NCBI GenBank assembly: GCA_002633005.1
Contig: NMRA01000151.1
Span: 110,060-174,059, forward strand
Origin: Phoronis australis
Lineage: Eukaryota > Animalia > Phoronida
Reading direction: 5' to 3'
Length of the DNA: 64,000 nucleotides
Shown: positions 1 to 14,782 of the stretch, one piece after another
Layout of the letters: every line of letters starts with the position of its first letter
How positions within the stretch are numbered: the stretch's first letter is position 1
Made by a program: the position numbers and the translations under genes
The notes under the pieces: model-generated
Seen by the model: only the letters and a program-made list of their open reading frames with translations
Database searches by the model: none
Told to the model about the DNA's origin: nothing

Positions 1-487
1 CAATGACAAAAAACGCGGAAACTTTGAAACTTTTACGGCCCAAATCATCGCCCGATAACCAGCCTAGAACTGGTCAATGTGAACCTTTCCCCGACAAAAA
101 TCGGAAGGACTAAAAAAACGTTACCACCATCAGTAGCATGCGTCTGCGTCCTTTTAGCTCGCCCGTCCACTCCCAACCCACACATTTTTGGCTGCAGAGC
201 GGTAGTATTTGTCGCCGCGCTTAACAATAACACGAGACGCCATTGAAAATCACACCACGCTATCCCAGATGCCCCGGCAATGTTGACAATTTACGTTCCT
301 CCGAACATAAAGAGCAACTTCCGCTTTTCGAGGTGAACGTCGTCTGCAACGCCGCGGTAAGAAAGGAATTTGCCGCGGAAATTTTATATCAAATCCGATT
401 TTTTTACGCGGAAATATTATAAAAAAAGCAGAAAGCATATTTGAAAAAAGCGGAAATCCGCGTTTCCGCGGAAAATTCCAAGCCCTA
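1..487 (+). mobile_element. hAT-like MITE family A, copy 1 (left end cut by window)
   Basis: Near-identical to the copies at 7992, 13137 and 35795; ends ATTCCAAGCCCT(A). Confidence 0.85.
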
Positions 488-489
488 GA

Positions 490-1620
490 TAATATACGCT
501 GTTTGCATTAGCAATAATGGCAAATACACTACATTTCTACGAGCTCTTTCAACATGACTTACGAGCCACATATTTAACAAGACAAAGGTGATGACAACCA
601 AATAAAAGGCAATGACAGGTAACGAACAAGAGTGATGATGATATGAAATAGGTCCGTGTTCAGGTGATCCAGATGTAGGACTACTGACAACTGCACAACT
701 CGAGCCCGTTGTGACAGTGCGATAAGTTGAGGAACTAAAAAACTCCAGGTAAACGATAACCTTTCTTTGGGTAATTCCCCGTTTAAACATGGATTGAACA
801 TAGTTATGAAACGGAATTAGCCACGTCTTCAGAAAACATCTTTCCACGCTGCATATTTCCCCTCAAATGAAAAACCTATTTCCTCATCCACCTATAATTT
901 CTTGGAGAAAATGTAAAAATCTAAAAAATTATTTAGTTAAAGCTAATATCGACAATATACACCAAACTGACAAACCTATTGGCAACACACAATGTAACAA
1001 AACTAGGTGTAAAATGTGTAACTTCATCGAAGATAGGCAAGCACTTTTTTCAAGTCTTCCCAAACCAATGAAAACTTTGAAATAAAACATTATTCTGATT
1101 GCACCACCAACAATATTATTTACCTTATAACTTGTAAAAAATGTTCTATCCAATACGTAGGACAAACTCAACATAATCTACAAACTCGGTTTCGTAATCA
1201 TGGATTTAACATAATTCATAAAAACATTTCTGATGCTATAGGTAATCCTTTCAATTCCAAAAACCATAATATTCAAGATCTTTCTGTACAAATAATAGAA
1301 AAATTACAACACCCCAGTACCCCTCACAGACTCAAAAGAAAACAATATTGTATAGACAAGCTCAATACAATAGAACCTCAAGGATTGAACATAAAAACTT
1401 CTTAGAATATGTTACTGAATTTTTTACGCAAAAATGTATCATATTCATTACACCATATCTTATATGTCAATTGTCATATAGTGTTTGATTTTACTTTATT
1501 TCTGTTTCTGTTGACAAAGGAAGTTATTAAATCCGAAAATTTCAAATTTCAGTTGATCCATTCTTGTTGTTTTATTTACCGACTAATAAAGGACATGGAG
1601 AAATATATCCTTGAGTACAT
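490..1620 (+). mobile_element. Penelope-like retroelement 3' fragment (GIY-YIG endonuclease), degenerate
   Basis: Frameshifted ISWRKCKNLKNYLVKA, CNKTRCKMC, NIIYLITCKKCSIQYVGQT...TRFRNH and KLNTIEPQGLN. Confidence 0.85.
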
Positions 1621-3337
1621 GCGTCTACGTTTCATTACACCACACGGTACAGCAATTCATAAGTCTACAGTGAACACATGCAGTATCCTCAACAAATTCG
1701 CAACTCAGGCCCACTGGCGCGAGACATAGGCGAAAATCTCCGTTCGGAAATAGGAGTGATGGTATATTTGCATTTGCGCTCGTGTACCTGGACTTGGCCT
1801 CGTATAAGATGACGACCAAACAAAAAAACTTCAAAACTCTTGTGTTTGCATTGGCGCTTGTATTTTTATGTTTTCCAATCATTTTTCCGAGCGCTTTACA
1901 CGCAAATTTGGAGTCACCTGGAGATTGGCTACGGGCGTCGCCAATGGTCGCCGGGGACATCGTGGTTCTTAGCGTATTCTGCAGTGGATTTTAAATGGAC
2001 GCTTTATTGAAATTGACACTTACCAGGTCCAAAGTCAATCACAGTCTTTCAAGCTACGCTACAAATTTATTCTTAAAAAGAACCATTATTTTCTCGCAGT
2101 TTCAAGAGTGAAATCCTGACCTGGTTTAAAGCAAAAGTAACAGGTGCTGTGCACGTGACTGGGTGACCTACTTTTTACATATAAGGCAAACAGTGCCACA
2201 CACAGAGCAAACTCGAATCGCCCAATAATTATGGAATTCCGCAAAAAAGTTGAAGTATTCCGAGGCTTTTACTTGCATGCTAAGTTAGTCATTGACTATG
2301 TAACCAACATAAGACAGAACATTTCATTTTTTTTAGCGTGAAGTTTGCACTCATTCTCGCACATCAATATACGTCATTCGGCATAGACAAGATTTTTTCG
2401 CAATTTTTTCATTCATGCATTCGAGTAGCAACAGAACTGTGCACACAAATAAAGGAAGTTTGCACTAAGTTTTATTTGGTTTGCATGTACAACGACATTG
2501 ATGGCATTTGTACGGCAGGTCAGTCGGCGGATATCATTTTTTTCATTGTATATGTTCTCCTATTTCAAATTAGCTGCTCTGTCGAATATACTTTGAGAGT
2601 GCCGCTTCAACTTTCACGTCGGCAACTAGCATTAAGGGGACAGCAAATCCTATGAACTTCGAGTTTGTGTACTTCCAATTTCAAAGATTAAGTGCCATGT
2701 ATGGGTAGTTAGCGCTGGATGCAATATTTCTCCTCAGTCGACATGCGGAGATTTCATATGAGGTCACTCTGACGTCACAGAACAGGAAGGTGTTCCCAAA
2801 AACATGGCTGAATTGAGTATTTGCCGATCATCATTGCGACATTCATAGTAAAACTAGACCGCAATAGTCTGTAATGTCGAGTTATTTCTGAACATTTATC
2901 GAAGTAAAATGATGGATTTTAGACTTCAAGAAAATTTATTAATCATAAACATTAAAATTCTTTGTTTAGACGAAGTTTTCGCCGAGGTTGTCTTGAAACA
3001 GGCCGTATTTTATCTGTCTAAGCCGTGCCATCCAAGCAGTCATTTTTTAAAATGGCCGTCCCAATGACAGCCAGGACGGCAGCTAGATGAGTCCTTGTTT
3101 CGAGCCATTTATGATATATCCCGATAGGATTAGAAATGCAGCCAGTAGCATGCGAACAAATAAAAAATTGATGACAAAGCAACAGACTTGTAGAAATTTT
3201 CATTTCACCAAGTAAATGTTAAAAAATTAACGGACTTCATAAAATCACTTACGTAGTACCCAAATTCAGTCATAAATTTGAAACTGAAAAACTCTTATCG
3301 ACCTTAGCACATTCTACTTATGACTGAAGGGCATTCA

Positions 3338-3541
<204 letters not shown>

Positions 3542-4837
3542 TCACCAACTGAACACAGTACCACTGAACATGCTTAACCATACAATAAAGCATGCAATAA
3601 GAGCTGGAATGACAAAAAATGAATCATTACAGCAATTTTTGTTGAAAGTGGAATCCATTATCATGACAGGAAAATTCTATTTTGTCAGGAAATTTTTGGC
3701 ACGTACTGTTCACTTCCCGATCCTCAGAACTAGGCACATATATCTATGGAACAAGAACCTAGGTTACTAGAGATATTTTTAGTTTATGATTGATTGTATT
3801 GTAGTGGTGTATCAAAGTGAACTAGCATTGGAATTGTTGATGCAAACCAATCGCTCAACAGTTGGCTGGTATGTTCAACACTTAATTGCACAGGATTTCC
3901 CACTACTTCCTCTCAAGCACTGAATGAGGGGCCATGAAACCATGGTCATATTAAATATCAACACGTGGATTTTGAACCCCATTTGTATATATCAGTTTTA
4001 TTAATGAAAAATTGTTGGCTTTAATAGAGCTAAACATTAGTTTGGGTAAGAACAAAAGACAGGTCATAACAAAAGAGGTCGATTGTTTTTTAATGACAGC
4101 TGCACTGTGTCTGACAAAGCAGTATATAAAACATCTGCCAATAATCGTTACGAAATAAAGTCAGTGAATATTTGGAACAAAATCTAGTCTTGAAGAATTC
4201 ATGCGAGTCACAGTTCGACCCATAACAGTAGTTTTCAACACTACACATGGCGGTCAGAGAAGTAATGACAAAAACACATCTCTTCTTGAAATGATGCTAT
4301 CCACTTACTAAGGGTAATGCAACGGGGGAAATACTTTATCAAATTAGTCACCAGTATGAGGCTCACTCTCACACTGTGGCTTCACTAACATGCCATGTCA
4401 GGAGACATGACTTCACATTTACACCACACATACTGATATCAAACTGTTAAACGCAGTCTACCAACAGCTTTGTGCATGCTTGCACAAAACAAGTCTTTGG
4501 GCAAAAACACAAAAGACAGCGCTCGATTTGGCGATCTATAGGTTGCCAATGCGGCCTCAGATTGTAATTGGCGATCTGGAAAAATTGCAAGTCACCACGA
4601 AGCCGCCACTCCGAGTATCAAAGTCGGACAATAATTCCCTCAAAATTCGTTTCAAAGTTCATGTTAACTTCCAAACTTCAGACAATTCAAACTTCTGTCT
4701 GAAAAAAGATGAGTATCAAATGTTTTGACTAAATTTTGTGAGTCACAAAAATCTAGTTCTACAATATAGCAAGTTAACACTTGTCGTTTCCCATGGTTAT
4801 ACAGTTATTTATTACTAAATAAACCGCTTCCTTCTCA

Positions 4838-5086
<249 letters not shown>

Positions 5087-5795
5087 CTATCCACTGCTCA
5101 AAATTCCTGTTCAAACTAGTGGTCCAAGTGGAAGCGAGAGCTGAGCACCAAAGAAGGCAATGATCAACCAGGCATAATTTCTGCATGTGTTTTAGTTAAG
5201 AACCTAAGTACCTTAATTCTACATTTATTCTGCATAAAATAATTGCCAAAATGGCTGTTTTTCATAGTTCAATGGCTGATTAGCATTTTGCAAATAACGG
5301 GAACTTAAGGTTATCTCAAACCTTATGTAGTGGCCTCCATTTTAATTCGTATATCGGAAAACAGGCTTCAGTCAACTACTAAAAGTATATATTTTCTGAA
5401 AGAAAGAAGATCAGGGATTATAAAATATTTTTTACATTTACATGCCTTTATTACTACATTAACTCCTTTTTTAAGTCAATATTTCATTTTTAAGAAAGGT
5501 ACATTGAACATAGCAAAATTTCAACTTACAAAAACAAGGAATTTTTGTAAAAAAATCCAGTTACAAAAAAACATGCCTTTATATCAAAAGTCCTAACAGA
5601 GTTTTTTAGACTAAATATTAAGTTTGGAAAGTTTCAGCAAAATCCGAGCCAATTTCGAGAACTCGTGTTCATAAGTTCAAATTAAATCGATTCGCCACAG
5701 CACAGAAAAAGCCAATTAAGTTGTGAGATGTGAAAATCTCAAGGCCTTAAGTTAATTATTCGGTGAAGATTTGTTTTCGGTCAATAAGGCCTATA

Positions 5796-7077
5796 CAAGA
5801 GTCGTTCAACAAGTTCTCGGCCTCACCCAGAAAACAACGCGATAGCAACTAATTTTGAAGACTTATTTTTCAATATAATCTCCTGTTATATCAATGCATT
5901 TCTTCCATCTGTGCTCCAGTTTTGCAATGCCTTCGTAAAAGAAACTTTTATCGAGCCCCTCAAAATATTCCTCCACTGCAATCATGACGTAATCATCGCT
6001 CACATACTGGCGTCCATGCAGGTAGGCCTTCACATGTGGAAATAAATAAAAATCAGACAGGGCAAGGTCTGGAGAATAGGCGGGGTGCGGAAGGATTTCA
6101 AAGCCACATCTAGTTGCTTCAGGGACCACAACTTGGGCAGTATGGGCAGGTGTGTTGTCTTGAAGCAACAGCACTCCATTCCGAAACTTCCTGCGTCTCA
6201 TTTCCTTGATTGCTTTTTTGAGTTTTTCCATAAGTGATGCATAGTAATTCCCAGTAACAGCGTGTTCTCGTTGCAAGTAGTAGATCATCAGAATACCTTC
6301 ACTGTCGCAGAACACAGAGGTCATAACTTCGCTCCCCAGAGGCACCCAAGTTGAACTTTTTCGGGCTTGGGGAACCCACGTGCTTCCATTGTTTACTTTG
6401 TTGTTTTGTTTACGGGTCATAGTGGTGGACCCATGTCTCATCCTGGGTTACAAGTCTTCTGGAAAATTTGGCTGGATCTGCTTGGAATCTTCTTAGAAGT
6501 TCCTTTGAAATTTGCATTCTGCTCATTTTCTGATCCTGAGTTAACATTCTTGGCACCCATCGTGCACTCAGCTTACTCATGTCCAAATCTTCACTCAAAA
6601 TTTTAGAGACGGACCCATTGCTGATGCGAACAGTGCTTGCCAAATGTTGAACGGTCATTCGCCTGCGTTTCATAAATATTGCATGAATTTTCTGCATATT
6701 TTCATTGGAGGTCAGCGATTTGGGACGTCCTGGACGAGGGTCATCTTCAACGCTTTCTCTACGCCCTCTTGCAACAAGCTGACCACTTTTTTACTGTGGA
6801 GTAGCTCGGGGAGTCTGTTCCGAGTGTTTTTTTGCATCTCTTAATGACTATCTTTTGGTTTCACTCCTTTTTTACACATAAACTTCATGACGTCTCTCGT
6901 CTCCGTTCTCTCCATGCTGCTAAATATGTTGTCTGCTTTTTGAAGCAGCGCCACATAGCGGCAATTGACTGTACTAATTCAGCTGTTATAAAAGATGAAA
7001 TTTTACTATGGTGTGAAAAAATTTAACATGTATCTCAGTTTTCTTGGTGAGGCCGAGAACTTATTGAACAACCCTCA
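5796..7077 (-). mobile_element. Mariner (Tc1/mariner, DD34D-type) transposon, full-length but inactive
   Basis: TIRs of ~30 bp (GTTCAA.AAGTTCTCGGCCTCACC), TA on both flanks, 1282 bp. Confidence 0.92.
5863..6915 (-). pseudogene. Mariner transposase pseudogene
   Basis: WVPRML, TQDETWVHHYDP, LLQDNTPAH and HPAYSPDLALSDFYLF are spread over shifted frames with stops. Confidence 0.9.
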
Positions 7078-7685
7078 TACATGCCTTAACCATGTTTACT
7101 ATTTCAACAATCACAGGCAATGTCAACGGAATTTACGGTGCTTAATTAACTTACTTATCACCAAAACATTTAAAGTTTGAAGTGGGGCTTCCTGAACCTT
7201 GCGTTATCTAGGTTAGAATGCGGAGACAACAGTAAGTAGGCCAAAAGTTCATTGCATTCACACCATGCACCGAGGAGAATGATATCAAGAAACCAAGTAC
7301 GAAATAGACAACAGAAATCAAGTCGGTAATTAAAGCGTGCTGTGAGTATCAGATCGAAATGGCAAAATGTATATATTTCATATTTTAATTTTCCCCGAGA
7401 ATGAAGATCAGGTATTTTTGCTAGACAGTCACATATGTGAAATATTGTAAAAACGGCCAACTTTTATGGATAAGATTTGAGATATCCTTATGGAAATGTT
7501 GTTTTATGACATCAACGCACTACAAACCACGCTTAAAATAGACTAAAATGTCCTTAAACTTTATTTTTGTGCAGAAAAATAGCATTTCACTTGTGGGCTA
7601 TATGGTGTGCTAAATAAGTGAAGAATTACTGTAATTTGCTGTGGACTATTTCGTGGGTATATAGTCAACTTCAAAGGTCACTCAC

Positions 7686-7732
7686 CTTGTAGGCAGGTAG
7701 AGGCCAGTCTCAAAGCTGCCAAAAATTTTCAC
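7686..7732 (-). CDS. TENT4B: TENT4/PAPD5-like, coding exon 3 (GS motif of the nucleotidyltransferase)
   Basis: VKIFGSFETGLYLPT(S), 47 nt, bounded by ttcag and gtgagt. Not in the ORF track. Confidence 0.92.
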
Positions 7733-7991
7733 CTGAAGAAGACAAAAAGGTATGGTTTTGCCAAAATACAAATATTAATAGTAGTAGAAGCAGTAGTAGC
7801 AGCAGTAGTAGTGACGAAAATAAACCATAGGTGGCAGTCTTTCCAAAACGTTTCCACTAAAAAGCAATCGTTCGTATGAAATTAAACGTATCTGAAATTC
7901 TCACTATTTTACTGCATACACAGCTCATATTATTAAAAAACAGCATATTTTGGGAAATAAGGTTACACGCACAAGAAACAGATTTTAAACA

Positions 7992-8481
7992 CAGGGCTTG
8001 GAATGACCAATGACAAAAAACGCGGAAACTTTGAAATTTTACGGCTCAAATCATGCCCGATAACCAGCCTTGAAATGGTCAATGTGAGCCTTTCCCCGAC
8101 AAAAATCGGGAGGACTAAAAAAAAAATGTTACCACCATCATACCACCATCAGTAGCATACGTCTGCGTCCTTTTAGCTTGCCCGTCCACTCCCGACCCAC
8201 ACATTTTTGGCTGCAGAGCGGTAGTATTTGTCGCCGCGCTTAACAATAACACGACACGCCATTGAAAATCCCACCACGCTGTCCCAGATGCCCCGGCAAT
8301 GTTGACAATTCACGTTCCTCCGAAACATAAAGAGCAACTTCCGCTTTTCGAGGTGAACGTCGTCTGCAAAGCCGCGGTAAGAAAGGAATTTGCCGTGGAA
8401 ATTTTATATCAAATCCGAATTTTTTACGCGGAAATATTATTAAAAAAGCGGAAAGCACATTTGAAAAAAGCGGAAGCCCTG
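7992..8481 (+). mobile_element. hAT-like MITE family A, copy 2
   Basis: CAGGGCTT...AAGCCCTG termini with a small deletion in the 3' TIR; 6-bp TSD TAAACA on both sides. Confidence 0.9.
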
Positions 8482-8557
8482 TAAACAGTCAAGTTCTGAG
8501 CTACCAACCAAGTAAGCAAATAATCTGTAACCTTCATGTTAAAAATCTGTAGGCCTA

Positions 8558-10275
8558 GAAAAAATGATTGACATCTACTACAATGAGAGGATTGACAAAA
8601 TCAATAATCTTATAAAAATTTGGTCTAGAAGAAAAATCTCTTTCTTGGGAAAGTTACGATGGTAAAGACCTTGATGATGCCAAAAGTTATTCACATAACT
8701 ACAACCCCGCCTACTCCATCAGACATTATGAATGAACTGAACGCAAACATTTTTAAGCTTATTTGGAACAACAAAGTTGTGATAAGTTATGAGGAAGGGG
8801 GAGTGAAAATGATGAATATAATCATTTTTAACAGGGCTATAAAAATTTCATGGATAAAAAGACTACTTACCTCTGAATCAAAATGGGTGAAATCATTTGA
8901 ACTTGAAACGGGGATTTCAAAGTCAAATATTATACATTTTGGAAATGATCATATTAAAAATCATACTGCAGTANNNNNNNNNNNNNNNNNNNNNNNNNNN
9001 NNNNNNNNNNNNNNNNNNNNNNNNNNNNNNNNNNNNNNNNNNNNNNNNNNNNNNNNNNNNNNNNNNNNNNNNNNNNNNNNNNNNNNNNNNNNNNNNNNNN
9101 NNNNNNNNNNNNNNNNNNNNNNNNNNNNNNNNNNNNNNNNNNNNNNTGTGTGTGTGTGTGTTAATAGTGAGAACGCTTGCATTTTTTTATCTTTCATGTC
9201 TTTGTATTTACGTTCTTTATACCTTTATACCACTGAAAACAAGAGCAACGCGGAGCGTTGAAATGCGCTCACGAATGCACTGCTAACGGTGTGCTTCTAG
9301 GGGTGTTTATTTGGAATATAAAAATGGCAATTAGATGGCGCAAAATATGTCAAATCCACCCGAGAACTTGTATCTGCCATTAAAACTATTTACCAAATTT
9401 CATAACATTCCATCAAGGAACTTTTGAGAAAACAGGAAAACGAAAAAATGAAATTGCTACTAAACGGCTATAAGCGCAAAAAACATAACTGCCACTAAGA
9501 GGTGCCAAAGTAGAGGTGCCAAAGTAGATAAAGTCATCAGAAAATCATCGTCAGACTTCCTCTTCACATTAGGAACATAAATCGCAATTTTCACAACCAT
9601 CCTTAGAGTGGTTTGGTTGACAGAGGGAGACGCCACATAACAAGACTCGAAAGTCGTCACGTTCTGTAACTTCTGTTGTCAACTTCACATAAATACACCA
9701 GCAAAATTCAATAAAGATACTGTAGAGCATTTAGGAGATACAGCCATGGGTGCAAAAACAAACAAAACTACCACTAGGAGGCGCCATAGTAGTCCAAGTC
9801 ATGGGAAAATTATCATCAGCCACCCTCTTCACAGTAAGAACATGTATGCCAATTTTCAAAATCATCACTAAAGCGGTTTGGTTGATAGAACGACGCACGC
9901 CAAAAAACAGACTCGAAAACAGTAAAAATGACCACCAGGTGGCACAAAGTACCTCAAGCCTGTCTGAAAACGGTAGGATGGCATCATATCAATAATAGAT
10001 GCCTAACTGCCAAATTTTATGAAAATCCGTTGAGGACCTCCGAAGATACAGAGGTAAGCGTAAAAAAATAAAATTGCCACTAGGGGACACATCAGTAGTC
10101 AGAGAGGTCTGAAATTCGTCGTTGTCCGTCGTCAGCTTCATAGGAACACATCAGCCAAATCTCATCAAGATCCTGTGAGGGTTTAGAAGATACAGCTGCG
10201 GAGGCCGGATGCCCAGACAGAGATGACAGCAATACGCAACCACATATAAATATGTGAGTGCATAAAAATCTTTAA
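8558..10275 (+). mobile_element. 5'-truncated L1/Tx1-type LINE with a nested HINE-like element
   Basis: ORF2 post-RT motif KINNLIKIWSRRKISFLGKVTMVKTL...FKLIW..EEGG. Flanked by the 17-bp duplication AAAAATCTGTAGGCCTA (8541-8557 and 10276-10292). Confidence 0.75.
9237..10268 (+). mobile_element. Helentron-associated (HINE/DINE-1-like) non-autonomous element, family B
   Basis: Starts AAACAAGAGCAACGCGGAGCGTTGAAATGCGC, has internal tandem subunits, ends in a stem-loop CACATAT..ATATGTG followed by GCATAAAAA. No TSD. Confidence 0.75.
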
Positions 10276-11779
10276 AAAAATCTGTAGGCCTACATTTTCA
10301 GAAAGTTTAAAGGGTAATCAAAATAAGGTGATGGAAGACTATTACTGCCTATTTTCACCATAAATGTCACACTGATGATTGGCACATGCTGGCAGCCATG
10401 TTCTATGGGAGAATACCTACCTCCCTGCCTTTTGACATCAGGGGGGCTTCATACGGAATCCCCACCTTCAGCAAGTGTTAATCTTGCAAATTTGGGCTCC
10501 CACTTTTCAACACCTATATGAGTCACTGCCTAAAAGTTTCATTGTTTTGGGAAAACTAATAGTGATGATTGTTTCAGAACAGCATTAATTTTTTTTTAAT
10601 ATTTCTTGCAAATTGGACAAGACTATCAATACTTTTCCAGTTTGAACGAATGTCAACATATGAATACCAGCATTAAAACGGATGAATTGAAATGGCAGCC
10701 TGGTCAGCTGTTACAGACCTGAAGCCAGTAAGTTGAAAACAACAACACACCCACACATGTGTGGCAGACAAACCAAGGAAAAAGTACAGAGAACAAGGTG
10801 GCACAGCTGTGACCATCAGACATAGAGGGACAGCTGATGTGTCAACCCTGAATGACCTCTTCAATTACGGAAATTCTTGACCAGGCATGATAGTTAGATG
10901 TTCTTTTTTGGGGTGGTGGTGTTCCTGTGCGCTAGTGGTGATTTCTGCACAGTGTCCACAGAACCAATCGGACAGGAAAACCTGCTTATTGCAAGAAGAC
11001 AATACTTGGCCAATCTATTCTTCAGTAGGGACAAGTTCAATAGATAGACGGATGATGAGGTTACGCAGGACTCTTGAAAAATGACCAAATTTGGACATCA
11101 TATCTCAGAAATGAAACTTTAACATACTATGGTTTATGCCCTGTTCTCAAAAAACACTTGCTAAATTCGAAAGAAGTTGCATCAATAGAAAATGAAATAT
11201 TTCAGAAAAGCGAAGCAGTGTTTTTGAGATTTCATCTTTAACATTTACAGAGCTGCCAATCCATTAAGGACATAATCTGTAACCTTCATGTTAAAAATCC
11301 GTATTTTACAAGTGAAAACTTGTATAATTTCAAATATTTTCAGAATATTCAAATTTTAATCGCAAGATAAATTGACATACACCAAAACCACAATTTTCAA
11401 TTGAAAATGGTGTTTAACTAAAAAGCAACATTGAGGCTACGTTATAACTCAATTCATCAAATTGATGTTTTTGGCTATTGCTGATGGCAGGGTTGATTTC
11501 TTTACACTTTACCATGTCCTCACAAATACAGATATCTCACAATTCCTGATCCATAAGGGTATTGTAGGCGTCAGGGTTCTCAGTGTCGAAGACAGCGTGA
11601 TTCAACGTGGTTAATTCCATTTCCGTTTTCCAAATGTCATCAAATTCATGAGTATACTTGTTTCGCTCTATACACCTTAACACGATTTCAAAGTATATGA
11701 TATCCCAGAATACAAAACCAGGTAAACGCATTTTCACAGGCCAGTAGTTCACAAAAAATCCAACTGACCAATCACAAAA

Positions 11780-12151
11780 AGGGAGATGCCAAAAAAAGAC
11801 TGAAAAATAGCCACTAGGTGGCGCAAACTACATCGAATCCATCTGAAAACTAAAGGATAGTGCATCATCTTACTAACAGATGCCTATACGCCAAATTTTA
11901 TGAAAATCCATTGAGGACTTTTGAAGATACAGAGGTAAACGTAAAAAATTTAAAAACTGCCGCTAGGGGCACACTGGTAGTCAGATCCGTGCGAAAGTTC
12001 GCTCATGCCATCACATCCATTAAATAAACACATGGGCAAAATTTCATGAATATATGTCAAAGGCTTTTGGAGATAGTGCAGCAGACGCCGGACGAACGGA
12101 CGGAGATGACAGCATAATGCATCCACATATAAATATGTGGGCGCACCAAAA
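11780..12151 (+). mobile_element. HINE-like family B, 3' fragment
   Basis: Same subunits, GGAC microsatellite and 3' hairpin CCACATATAAATATGTGG. Confidence 0.7.
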
Positions 12152-12180
12152 TGCGGCGAGTAGTATGCAAAAAAAATTTA

Positions 12181-12390
<210 letters not shown>

Positions 12391-13136
12391 CTACATACTT
12401 CCAAGTTATGAGAAAACCAATCATTATCTTTAAACCAGATATATGTTGCATAAAACAACAAACAAGCTATCAGTTCCTACAGATTTTTTTATGCAAACAT
12501 TTATTTGGGTTTTTGTTACTTGTCTCTCTGACACTGAGTTTTTTTGTTTGTTCACACGATACAGGTCGCAATTTTCATCTGATCTGCATGAAATTTACAC
12601 ACAATCTGCTGTTTTTCGTCATGATTGGATTCAAGATAGTGGACGTGGTTGTCATTTCATTTTCAAATTCAGATCTAAATGCTCATATAAGCCGCAATTT
12701 TTAAAATACACAGCTGAAAATCGTAATGATAACTGTAGTAGATGTTTACTACAGATGTGGCAAAATCATTCACTTCTGGACAAAGATGGTGGAAATATAT
12801 CGGCCATTGAGCATGGGCACTTCCATTTGTCCTGTATAGGGCGCATTGTTGGACCAATTGCATCAAAATTTTTCATGTGTTAGCTATTAATGAGTGGTGC
12901 TTAAGGATATCTCAAATCTTATTCATAAAAATTTGCCATTTTTACAATATTTCATGTGTCTAGCAAAATACCTTATCTTCATTCTCGGGGAACTTCAAAT
13001 ACAAAATACCGTACATTGTAGCAAGAAAAGAAGATTTAGCATAACTACCTTGGATATTTTTTTACTACTTATCCGAGGTCAAAGGTTACAGGGCTGTCAC
13101 TCAAATCGAATCTCCTGCCAAGTACATAGCATATAT

Positions 13137-13623
13137 CAGGGCTTGGAATGACCAATGACAAAAAACGCGGAAACATTTACGGCCCAAATCATGTGCGCTA
13201 CCCAGCCTTGAAACGGTCGATGTGAACCTTTCCCCGACCAAAATCGGGAAGACTGAAAAAAAAAACGTTACCAGTAGCATGCCTCTGCGTCCTTTTAGCT
13301 CGTCCTTCCACTCCCAACCCACACATTTTTGGCTGCAGAGCCGTAGTATTTGTCGCCGCGGTTTACAATAACATGAGACACCATTGAAAATCCCACCACG
13401 CTATCCCAGATGCCCCGGCAATGTTGACAATTTACGTTCCTCCGAAACATAAAGAGCAACTTCCGCTTTTCGAGGTGAACGTCGTCTGCAACGTCGCGGT
13501 AAGAAAGGAATTTGCCGCGGAAATTTTATATCAAATCCCGATTTTTTTACGCGGAAATATTGCGCGGACAGAACATTTGAAAAAAGCGGAAATCCGCGCT
13601 TCCGCGGAAAATTCCAAGCCCTG
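13137..13623 (+). mobile_element. hAT-like MITE family A, copy 3
   Basis: TIRs CAGGGCTTGGAAT / ATTCCAAGCCCTG; 6-bp TSD ATATAT. Confidence 0.9.
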
Positions 13624-14782
13624 ATATATACCCTCATTCACAGAGTCGCCATAATATTGAGTCAAGGAAGTGTCCTTATGATAGAACGGTGTTGGGGAAA
13701 ATAAAGACAAAACGTAAATTTGATCCTGAGAGAGTTTTGCGTCTACATGCATACGACCGTCAGTGTTCTCCGCGACCGCTCTTAACATGTTGCAGCATCC
13801 TGTTTGGCTGAACGCACATCCTCTTTAAATGTCCGGCGTCCTGTTTAACAATCCTACGACCGGTTTAAAAAATTAGAGACCAGTTTGTAAAAAGGGCTTT
13901 GCCATTGTTAATGAGGTCTTCATTGCCTCAAATTACGTTTGACGGCAACTGCCTACATCACATTGAAACTGAATAAACGCTTAGTGGTCACTGGTCAGTT
14001 GTCGAAAGCCTACCATGGATCTCACTCAAGCAGCAGCTGGTCTGGGCCACTAGTATAGTTATGGTGTAACACTGCTTGTCCCCTTGTAAATAATCGCTCA
14101 ATCATCTTTTCAATTCAGCTGTAAGAACTAGTCATAGCCAGTTGACCTTAAACAAAGGCCCAGTGCCACCTACAAGCCTAATCCACTACCTGCTTACTAG
14201 AGTTAAGCTCCAGCAGGAAAGCCATTTATCCTTAGTTAAGCCAAATCGCTTTTGTAGTCACCTTTTGTGTTCAGTGGACAAATTATCATATAACCCACTG
14301 AAAATAATTATGGCTCAGTGGTTAGTTCTGCACAGTCTAACCAGTCAGTAAAGGCACCATTGCCCAGGAGTTTATACAATGGCCGCCTTTTGGGTGGCCA
14401 GCATTTTATTTCGTAGCACATGTTTTAAAATTACGTGGGCCCCACAACACTGGTCTGACTCACTGACACCCAGTCTCAACAGACCTTTGCATGGAAACGC
14501 TTTTCATGACTCTTACTGGTTGTTGTTTGGCATTTCTCACGTAGAAGAATATTATTGGTTACTTTGGTGCAACCGGCCCAACGAGATTGACTGAGCTCAT
14601 CTTAATTGCCTTATAAAGAGTTTCATTGGCAGCTTGAGCATTATATCTGTGGCGCATACTCCCTCTGAAAACCTGCCAAGCCATTCGCAACTCACTTGTT
14701 GCAGAGGTCGTGTGCGATGTTTGCAGTTTCGGGGGAGTAATTCCGAGATTTGGGACAGCTAGTGATGTCACTTCATAAAGTT

